Source of the DNA: Piromyces finnis finn
Lineage: Eukaryota; Fungi; Neocallimastigomycota
Direction of reading: 5' to 3'
Assembly (NCBI GenBank): GCA_002104945.1
Contig: MCFH01000038.1
Coordinates: 310,001 to 374,000 of the forward strand
DNA length: 64,000 nt
Shown: positions 53,713-64,000 of the stretch, in pieces
Numbering within the stretch: the first letter of the stretch is position 1
Layout of the letters: each line of letters opens with the position of its first letter
Notes under the pieces: generated by a model
Databases searched by the model: none
What the model was told of the DNA's origin: nothing
Seen by the model: the letters and a program-made list of their open reading frames with translations, nothing else
Made by a program: the position numbers and the translations under genes

Positions 53713-54551
53713 AAAAAAAAAAAAATTTGTTTTTTTTTTTTTATCATCATGTATTTTTCATCATCATGTATTTTAAAATTGGTATCTCCTACCACCTTGT
53801 GTAAATTGTGTAAAATAGAATAATATAAAAATAAAAAAATAGAAACTACAAAAAAAAAGAATTTTTAATAATGGTTTGTTTTAAATGTTATTTATTAACA
53901 TTTATAAATCAAAAAAAAAAAAAAAGACAAAATATCAAAAAAAACTTTTCAAAGAATGACACCTTATTTTATTACACCCTCCTCCTACTACACACTTTTT
54001 TTTAATTAGGTTATTTATTATATATATTTTATTATTTTTTTTTGGTTTGTTTGTTTTTTTATGTCATAAAAACTAGTTTTTTTCGTTTGTTTGTTTAATT
54101 CGTTTTTTTTTTTTTTTTTTGGAGAAAAAAAAAAAAACACTATAAAATTATTAAATATTTAAAAGTGCAAAAATATTATAGGTTTGTTTGGATTTGTTTG
54201 TTTGTTTTTTGTTATTGTTGTTGTTTGTTGAATTGATTTGTTTTTTTTTTTTGTTTCTCTTTTAACATTTACATCATATTGTGTCATCATAACTTTTAAA
54301 AAAAAATATTAATTTGCTAAATTTTGTTTTGTTTGTTTGTGTTTTTCCTTGTTTTTTTTTTTTTTTCGTCTATTTTTTTTTCCCCGTATTGAAAAAGGAA
54401 GGGAGGGGAAAAAAATTGGGTTTGATTTTTCAATTATCCTTAATTAGTTCGTTGGATTAACAATTTGAAATGGTTTATCTTCCAATATTCATTTTTTGGT
54501 AGATGGATTGGTGGATGGATTGATGGAGTGAATGGAATAGGATCAACTGAC

Positions 54552-57500
54552 TTATAATTGACGGTGACGACCGACAGTTTCAGTAACGATATTTCCAATT
54601 TCTGGAATTTGCTTTGGAGCATCCTTGTTTGGTGGTGGTAATAAGATACCAACCTTAATCAAGTAAGCAAGGTACTTACCAACCATATCCTTAACATTAA
54701 CAACTGGAACATCAGAACCAAGAATGGCGTTACGAGTGTTGTCATCGTTCAAGGATGGAGACTTGGAAGAGTTTGGTAAATCGTCAAGGACAAAGTGTAA
54801 AAGTGGGAAGAGAGCATTGTCACCGCTGCTTAAAGTCATGTTCATTAAAGCATTACTCCATTCCATGTAACCAACAGTCTTAATGTCGTAACCGTGTAAT
54901 TGCATTTCTTCAAAGATATCGTTGAAACAGATTCTTGGATTGTTCCACATGTGGTAGACACGGTTTTCAAGCCACTTGGCATCACTGGCAATTTGAACAA
55001 TGGATCCGGCAACGTAATCAACTGGACAAGTGTTAAGAGTGTTTTGAATATTTGGAGCAAGCTTTAATTGAACACAACCAGTCATCATTCTAATGATGAA
55101 ATCATCGGTATTTTGAACACCATTCTTGGTGTGACCAACAATATAACCTGGACGAATGACACAAGCTGGAACACCTCTTTCTCTGGCCTTGAAGATTAAC
55201 TTTTCGGAAACCCACTTGGATTGACCGTAACCGTTACCTAAACCGGTACGAGAACCTTCTAAATCATCATTTTCCATAACACAACCCTTTTCAAAGGCAG
55301 CTAATTGAACATAGTAGTCGGTATCAAGAACACTAGTGGAACTAACAAAGTAGAATGGCTTTAACTTGTCAGTGGTAGATAACTTAAGACATTGAACGGT
55401 ACTTAAAACGTTAATAGCCTTTAATTGAGTGTATGGGTAGACCCAGTGGACCATAGCACCATTGTGAATAATAAGATCAACTTCCTTGCAGAGTTGAGCC
55501 CACTTATCAGCAGCAATACCAAAGTTTTCCTTGGATAAATCACCATTAACGGCAATAACGTTTTGGTTCTTTTCCCAGTCGTCGTTCCAGGTCATGTAGG
55601 ATTGAGCATTCTTCTTTAATCTTTCGTAGGCAAGATCATCACTCTTAGCACGAACTAAACAGTAAACCTTTGCCTTTGGATTCTTGTTGAGATAGGTAGC
55701 AAGAATGTTAGTACCAAGGAAACCAGTGGCACCAGTAAGGAAGAGAGTAGCATTTTCACCTGGGAATTGAAGAGCTGGAAGACCTTCAGCAGTAACCTTT
55801 GGATCATCAAGAGCTTCAACATCAGCAGCATAGTCAATAACTTCTTCCTTGACTTCTTCTTCAGTAGTCTTAGAACCTTCAATGTGTTGTTCTTCATTGT
55901 TTGGACCAAAAGTAGTGGAGGAAACATTGGCACCACGAAGGTGATCAATTTCAGCAGACATACCTCTGATGGTTGGAACCTTGAAGACAAAACCGAGTGG
56001 AACATCAACAGAGAAAGTGTTACGAAGTTGGAAAACTAAACGAGTAGCTAAGATAGAGTGACCACCAATATCGAAGAAGTTGTCGTCAATAGAAAGTTCA
56101 CCTTGGACATTGATTAATTCCATCCAAATATCGAAGATGGCCTTTTCAGTGTCGGTCATGTTCTTGTTGGAAGCTTCCTTCTTAGCAGCAGATGGTTGAG
56201 TTAATAAAGTATCTGGGAATGGAAGACTGTTCTTATCAATCTTACCATTTGGAGTTAATGGCATCTTGTTAAGACGAGCAAAGACACTTGGAATAGCGTA
56301 GGATGGTAACTTTTTCTTTAAGTAATCACGAATGTTTCTAATTAAAACAGTATCGTTTTCATATTCACCCATGGTAACAAAGTAGGTAACAAGAGTCTTT
56401 TCTTCATTCTTATCTCTTCTAACTAAAGTAACATTTTCACGAACATTTGGATGTTGAGAAAGGTGAGTATCAATTTCACCAAGTTCAATTCTGAAACCAC
56501 GAATCTTAACTTGATCATCAGCACGACCAGTACATTCAACATTACCATCAGCACGGTAACGACCTAAATCACCAGACTTGTACATACGATCACGTGGACC
56601 TTTGAAGAATGGTAAGTCGGTAGTGTTTGGAATTGGGTTTGGATTGAATTTGTTTTGAAGGAATTTAGCTTGAGTGACTTCTGGAAGCATTAAGTAACCT
56701 TCAGAAAGACCACTACTACGGACGTAGATTTCACCAACTTCACCAACACCACAAAGGTTACCGGCCTTGTTAACAACTAATAATTGAACATCCTTCATAC
56801 CACGACCAGCTGGCATAATATTCTTTTGTTGGTTGATGAAAGATGGGTTTTCGTTAATGGATGGAATCTTTAAGTAGGAGACAGCACGTTGAGTTTCAGT
56901 AGTACCGTACATGTTAATAATAGTGGTGTTCTTGGCTAAGTTTTGAAGACGCTTAATATCACGCTTAGTAAGGACATCACCGACAAAGAAAGCATTTTTT
57001 AAGGATGGAATTAAAGCAACAGCATTAGCAGAAAGTAATTGACCCATAGCTGGAGTAAGGTGAGTAACAGTAATTTCGTTCTTGCTCATCCATTCAGCAA
57101 GACGACCTGGAGTACCAATATCTTCAGCAGTTGGAACTAAAAGTTGAGCACCTAAGAAGATTGGAGTGAAGATATCACGTTGAATTGGATCGTGAGCGAT
57201 ACCACTTAAAAGAGTGAACTTATCCTTTTCACTAAGACCGAATTCTTCTCTCATCCATGGGTAGAAGTGAGTTAAAGAGAAGTGTCTACCACGGACACCC
57301 TTTGGAATACCGGTAGAACCACTAGTGAAAGATAAAGTACCAATACTATCTGGACCAATAACAACACCTGGTTCCTTGTTTTCGAATTCATCACGAACAG
57401 CATCGAAAACATCAACACCATTTTCTTCTCCACCCTTTAAAACACCTTCATCAGTGAATCCTAAAGCTGGGATTCTAGTGATGATTTGAAGGTTGTCTCT

Positions 57501-59586
57501 GATATATTCTTCAACAGTATCGTGAAGGACACCGGACTTCTTTAAAACAATAAGACCCTTTGGTTGGGCAACTTCTAAGTAAATGTTTTGACGAGATGGT
57601 GGGTAAGCTGGATCTATAATAATAAAAAAAGAAAAAGAAAAAAACGTTAATTCATGATAAATCATATTAGAAATCAAAATTAATAATTTAAATAACGTTG
57701 TCATAGAAAAAAGTAAAATTAATAATTTAACCAAAGTTTTTTTTTTTTTATTTATGCCTTATACAAAATTAATAATTTAAACAAAATCGCTGTTGTTTTT
57801 AATTTATGGCATAAAAGTTAATAATTTTAAAAAGTTGTTTTTTTTAAAAAAATTTACGTTGGTACTTTTTTTTGTGTATGTCCTTTTACCATTACACTGT
57901 TTTCTTTATTGTTTGATGATAAACAACGAAGATATTAATCTTTAAAAAAAGTCATTATTGAAAAGTATTCTAATAATCCTAATAGAGATAATATATTCAA
58001 TATATCTTATAACTATACACACACATTTGTTTCCTTCCCAAATTTAATAACCATTGTTAAAAAAATGCATTAAAAAAAAAAAGATATTTACCAATAACAC
58101 TGAAAGTAGCACCGGCCTTTAAAACACCCATAATAGCAACAATAAGATCAACATCTCTGAAAGCGTAAATCATAACAACATCTTCTCTTTGAATACCCTT
58201 GCTAATTAAGTAGTTAGCAACAAGGTTAGCACCAGCGTTCATCTTTTTGTAGTCATATTGCTTAATGCTACCATCTTCGTAGGTTTGAGTAACGAAAATT
58301 CTGTCTGGGAATTCCTTAGCGTTTCTAGCGAAGATATCAGTAATAGCACCTTCGAATTTTTCCCAGTGTAAGTCAGCAGTTGGATCTGGTAAAACAGACT
58401 TAATTTCATCAGTAATAAGGGAGTAGTTGCTAACTGGAAGAGTTCTGTTTTCAGAAGCAATGATAAGAACTTGTTGTAATTGGTTAAGCATTTCAGTAAT
58501 TCTAGCTTCTTCGAATAAAGTAGAATTGTAGGTAACAGTAATGTTAATTGGTAAGTAGCGTCTTAAAGTTTGAGTTTGGGAGATAGAGACAGTAAGATCG
58601 CATGGGTTAGTAGAAGATTGTAAAGTTTCATCATTAATATCAGTGGCATTGAAGAATCTAACCTTGAAAAGAGATGGTTGAATAACTTCGTTTGGAACAG
58701 TGAAAAGTTCAATAATATCACTGAACTTGACTTCGTTAGCTTCAGCTTCTTGTTCAACCTAAAAAAAAAAGGAAAAATAAATTAATTGAATTATTAATGA
58801 ATATTTCTTGTACTATTGTCTATTTTTTTCCAAAAATTGTATATATATAGTTTGATTCTTCTTATTATAATTAACCGTTTAACTTTATTTTCATAAACAA
58901 GAAAATTTTTAGTTTTTTTTAAATTATATATATTTAAAAAACAATAATTTGATAAATTCTTATCGTTTAACCATATATTTAATCGAAATAACACATAAAA
59001 CTCTTTTTAAAGAGATTTCTTGTAATATGGAAAAATTTTTTCAAATATTATTTCCATGTTTTTTTTATAATTCTAATTCATTACTATTTATAACAAGATA
59101 GTATTTGTGATTTGATACACTATTATTTTTGTATACTTTTTTAAAGTGACTATTCATTTTACTTTATAACTTTTAAAAATATATAAAAAAAACGTATTTT
59201 AAATAAATATTCATAGTTACTTTTTCAATCTTTTCAATAATACTGTCAATAGTATCTTCATCAGTAATTTGGAAACGTAAAACTAATGGATTACAAGAAA
59301 GAGAACTTGAACCGATAGTAATATCTTCTTCATTAACGTATTTATGAATAAGAACGGAGAAAGCAGCTAATAAGATAGTGAATGGACTACCTTGGAATTT
59401 CTTAGTAGTTGGATTGGTTGAAAGTTGGTGAATAGCATATGAAACTTTTTCGGCAAGAGAAACGCTCTTAGTACTTTCAACAATCTTTAAAGGTAAAGAT
59501 CTAGCATAATCAGTTGGAAGTTGAATATCAGTTAAATTGGATAAATTCTTCTTCCAGAAATTTAATTTGTTTTCGTATTCAGTCAT
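54552..59586 (-). CDS. LYS2: L-2-aminoadipate reductase (NRPS-like: N-terminal condensation-like remnant, A, T, R domains), 3 exons
   Basis: Exons 59586-59221, 58759-58092 and 57613-54552. A-domain motifs: FTSGSTGIPKG, NMYGTTETQRA, YKSGDLGRY, GRADDQVKIRGFRIELGEID, PLTPNGKIDK. Carrier motif: DNFFDIGGHSIL. Reductase motifs: FLTGATGFLG and GYGQSKWVSE. AHDPIQRDIFTPIFLG is typical of Lys2. Confidence 0.96.
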
Positions 59587-59676
59587 ATTGAATATTATAA
59601 ACTATTATGGTTGGTTTAATAATAATTATCAAATTTATAATTAAAAATGATATTTATTCAAATGAATGTTTGTTGA

Positions 59677-59777
<101 letters not shown>

Positions 59778-61949
59778 ATTTATTTATTGTTAAATAGAGT
59801 TATATTTCGATAGATTTTAAAGATAAACCAAATTTTATATAAATATTTATGATATTGAAATATATTTTCATATATAATATAATAAAAAAAAAAAAAAAGA
59901 ACAAACAATTAGTATATATTATAAATTCATATATATTATTGAGAGAAATATATGTATAAAGTGACTTTATAAAATATTTACGTTATGTTAATTAATTAAC
60001 AAAAAAAAAAAATCTATACAAAAAAAAGGGAAAGTTTTATATATAAATATAAATATTATAAATATAAACTATTTTTTATTTCTAAATAAGAAAAAAAGTA
60101 TTTGTATATATTTATGATATTTATAAATGTTATATAAGATTGAAGTAGATTTATATAATTTTTTTGCGCTTAATGTGCAAAGAAAAAAAAAATAAATTCC
60201 CTCAAAGCTATATTGGTAATACAATAATTTCCAACCCATTTTTCCAAACTATATCCAATCAATGAATAAACTGATCATATGTTACATAAAAAAAATTTTT
60301 TTTTATTCCTTTCCTAATTAATAAAAAAAAAAAGATGAAATAAATTATAAAATTTTTTAAAAAAAAAAAAAATTAATTTAAATAAATGATTAAAAAAATT
60401 AAATATTAAAAAAAATAATAGTAAAAAATAAAATCAAACATCAAAATGCCTTTAAATTTCTTTTTTTTTTTTTTTTTCAAATTAAAAAAGATCACAATAA
60501 TAATAATAATAATAATAATATAAATTACCGTTTATTTATAATATGAATAATAATAAAAATATATAAGGGAGATTTATATTTAGTTAAAATAAAAAAAAAA
60601 AAAAAGAACTAGAATATATTAAAAAACGTCACTTATACAGGTGCCTTTAATAAGAGCAATTTATTAAATGGTGTAACTGTTGACGAAAAATAAAAAGAAA
60701 ATTTAATATGCTTAATTTCTTATGATAAATAAACAAGAAATTGAGTTTCCGGAATTCTGTATAAACTTTTTTTTTTTATAGAAAAAAAAAAAAAAGTGTT
60801 TGCTCTTTACAGATATATTTCAACATTTCGAGAATATATTGAAATTTCGATTTTACCTCTTTTTTACATTTTATATATGGAAATAAAAGTCTTTTATTAT
60901 GCTTTTTTCTAACTTTAAAAAATTATATAATTTTATTTTATAAATGAAAAGTCATTTACACTTTTTTTTTTTTCAAACTTTTACTATTTTAATTTTCAAT
61001 GTGTTGTATTTAATATTTATTATATTGAATAAAGATAGATATATTAATAAGCTATTATTTATATAGTTGTATTTATTACTATTATTATATTTAAAATTAA
61101 CAAAAAAAAAAAAAAAAAAAAAAGACTTTTTATTATTATTATTTTAATATTATCTTTGGTATTTTTTGCTATTATTCCTTTTTTTTCTTAATAATATGGT
61201 GTAGTATTTCATCACAATTAAAATTGTCCTTGATAAATGGTATTAACAAATGTTGCTGTTGTTGTTGTTGTTGTTTTAATAATTATGGAATAAGAATAGG
61301 ATATTATAATATGTTATGTTTCAATTTTTCGTATTTTATATTTTCAGTTTTCTTTTTTAAAATAAAAAAAAAAATGAATAGAACTTTTTGTCTTGGCCTA
61401 AAATATAAAAATATATTCTTGATAAGCAGTTCAACTAGGAAGTTGTCTATTGGATGTTACTCAATTTTTAATAGTAAATTGTTTTTTTTTAAAGGTAGTA
61501 CTATTTATTACCACTCCTCATAGTATCATAATAATAGGTGCTTTTTTTTTTTTTAAGAATCCCATTATTTTTTTTCAATTATATTCGAACAATGAAATTC
61601 TTATATAATATTTATTTATTTATTTTTTAACTTGCAGTTTTTAAAATGAAATAATAAAAAATAAATTGAAAAGGATATAATAGTTATTTAATATAAAATG
61701 TTGCATATATCAGTTGTTATTTGATTGTTTTTTTTGCTTTTTTTTATAATATTTGTTTTGTTTTGTTTTCAATGATTAAAATTGTTTATTTGTTTGTATT
61801 GATTTATATTAAAAATGGTTTTAAAAAAAAAAAAGGTATCTATACCTTTTATCTACTTAATATAGGTATCAGTAATATTATACGATATAGTATAGATGGT
61901 ATAGTATAAAAATATTTTATTTTTTCCAAGAAATCCTATTTCAATTTTA

Positions 61950-62617
61950 TTATTTGATGACTGTTCCAGCACGATTTCTATTATTATGAGAAAGTCTATT
62001 TTATATTTAATAAGGTTAATTTATAATTTAATTCCAAATAATTATTATAAATTATTATATTTAAAAAAAAAAAAAAAAAAAAAAAAACATTAGAATTTTA
62101 ATTATATTTAAATATTAAAAGAAGTAGGTATTATAAAAAAGAATGAGAGATAAATTAGTTTAATAATGAATGATTTTTTAGTTTTAAAACAAAAGAACTT
62201 ATTATATTTATTTATTCTATGTCTATTCTATATATATTCTTCATTTATTATTCTTTTTTCCTATAGTTTTTTTTAACATAACATACCCGACTTTTCTTTT
62301 ACCAGCACTTGAAGGTGCCTTTTGTTTACTAGTATCTGAATCATTTCCTATATAAATTTAAAACGCTATTAACAAAAACTATATAATTATATAATATATT
62401 TGTATATATTATTTAAAGTACCTGCTCGTTTTTGTCTATTTTTACCAGATGAAATCACTGTAAATTTCATTTTTTCTGGTATTTGTTCTAATAAAGGAGA
62501 GTATGTTGTAGGACTATCATCTTCACCTTTTAAAGAAAAAAAATATCATATTAATATATTTTATAAAAAAAAAAAAAGAAACACAATAAAATATTAATAT
62601 TATATTAATGATAAACA

Positions 62618-62648
<31 letters not shown>

Positions 62649-63542
62649 CAAAAAATATTATTAAACCTAATTACCTTCAATAATTTTTACTAAAATATAG
62701 GCTCGACGTTCTAATAAAAAATATGAATTGTATTTTAGATATAATATATATTTTTATTATTACTAATTTAATCTTATTTTTCAATGAGTAGTTTACTATT
62801 TTATGCACTAAATTTTATATAGATATATGTTATTCTTTTGATAAGTTAATATAAAAAAAAATAAAAAATAGTTGTACGAAATAATAAAATAATTGTGTTA
62901 TAAAAGTTTATATCAATTGATATCTTCTATATTTGATATATGATATAGAATAGAATAAAGAATATATGCATGACCTATTCTCTTTTATATATATTATAAC
63001 AATCTCTAGTATCACTATAGATTTTTTTTTTTTTTTTTTTTATTCATATTTTATAATATTGTATGGATGACACTGTCCCCATTTTTATTAATTTATTTAT
63101 TCTACAATTCTTCTCAGTTAATTTTTTTAATATAATTTACTTCTAATTATAATATTATTACTATCACACACGAACCATCTAAATATTTTTTTGCATATTC
63201 TTTTCCATGGTTGGCTAAGTCAATAACTTCACCAGATTCCGTGGCTAAATCGACCTGATATTTTTCTTCATCAAATCCACAACTTATTTTTATAAATGAT
63301 AATAGTACCGATGCTACACAATTTGGATTAAATATTTTCTCACTATTATTTCCATATTTTACTAATATAAAAGTTTTTAAATGATAAAATATCACAATAA
63401 TAATAGTAATAATAAAGTTATAATAAAAGATAATATAATTCATTTTAAAAGTTTATTGAATTAAAATATATAATACATTCAAAATATAAAAAGTATATAA
63501 TATCATAATAATATTATAAATTGTACCTGTTATAAATGACAT
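61950..63542 (-). CDS. C22orf15/CXorf65-like (Pfam Il2rg-type) small protein, 6 exons
   Basis: Spliced translation: MSFITV|KYGNNSEKIFNPNCVASVLLSFIKISCGFDEEKYQVDLATESGEVIDLANHGKEYAKKYLD|ERRAYILVKIIE|GEDDSPTTYSPLLEQIP...RA|GNDSD...KVG|NRAGTVIK*. The FxTVKxG...FNPNC...LL..IK..C, DLxxExG and Y.LVK pattern is recognised from this family. Confidence 0.7.
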
Positions 63543-64000
63543 ATTTTATTAATAGGTTAGTTATTTTTTAATAAAATAAAAAAAAGATAGTAATAATTTT
63601 TTATATATAATGATGATAAAAAAAAAAAAAGAAACACAAAACAAATATAATAAAATATATTATTTAAATTTTAAAAAGAATAAATATACATAATGATTTA
63701 TAAATAATTATTTTATTTTTAAATGATATAGAATCATAGTCAATTTATGATTAGTATAAGAATACTATGACTCTAATTGAAAATTATAATAAAAAAGAAT
63801 AAAGCAAAATTCAATTTATTATATAATACTACGTCACTATTAATGAAGTAATTTTAAAAGATTTAATAAAAACTACATTGAATTAAAAAAAAAGTTTATA
63901 TTTAATTATTACTACTATATAAAAAAAAAAAAGTTTTTTTTTTTATTAATATCTATCTTTATTTTATTTTAATGGAATATCTATAATTATCACTTTTATT

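Noticed and set aside
54552-59586. NRPS secondary-metabolite cluster
   Set aside because: Single A-T-R module with Lys2-specific motifs and no tailoring enzymes or transporters nearby; primary lysine biosynthesis.
61224-61909. Plus-strand ORFs including poly-Cys MSLINGINKCCCCCCCC
   Set aside because: Derived from a (TGT)n run and T-tracts, started at a non-ATG codon, with no supporting structure.

Overview
Extremely AT-rich (~80%), microsatellite-rich, intron-rich eukaryotic DNA, almost certainly from an anaerobic gut fungus (Neocallimastigomycota). This is inferred from composition, an intronless bacterial-type GH39, the fungal LYS2 and flagellar genes. Manual translation and splicing on both strands supports about 14 protein-coding genes: GH39 (partial, -), a CSN9/CSNAP-like microprotein (+), EAF6 (-), NAXD/CARKD (+), TFIIIC tau138/Sfc3 (+), a large coiled-coil protein (-), a Rad5/HLTF/Uls1-type SNF2-RING ATPase with SIM-like motifs (-), ARL13 (-), a low-complexity protein with a SERTA-like N-terminal motif (+), a FANCE-like gene (-), a Pho85-type cyclin (-), a Cys-rich single-pass membrane protein (+), LYS2 (-) and a C22orf15/CXorf65-like gene (-). 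GH39, the CSN9-like gene, NAXD and the conserved cores of EAF6, ARL13 and the FANCE-like gene are missed or only fragmentarily seen in the ORF track. The most notable observations are genes usually thought of as animal-type or absent from yeasts (FANCE, SERTA-like, CSN9) and very frequent AAG 3' splice sites. All family calls come from motif recognition by eye, not database searches. No tRNA, rRNA, CRISPR array or intact transposon was recognised.
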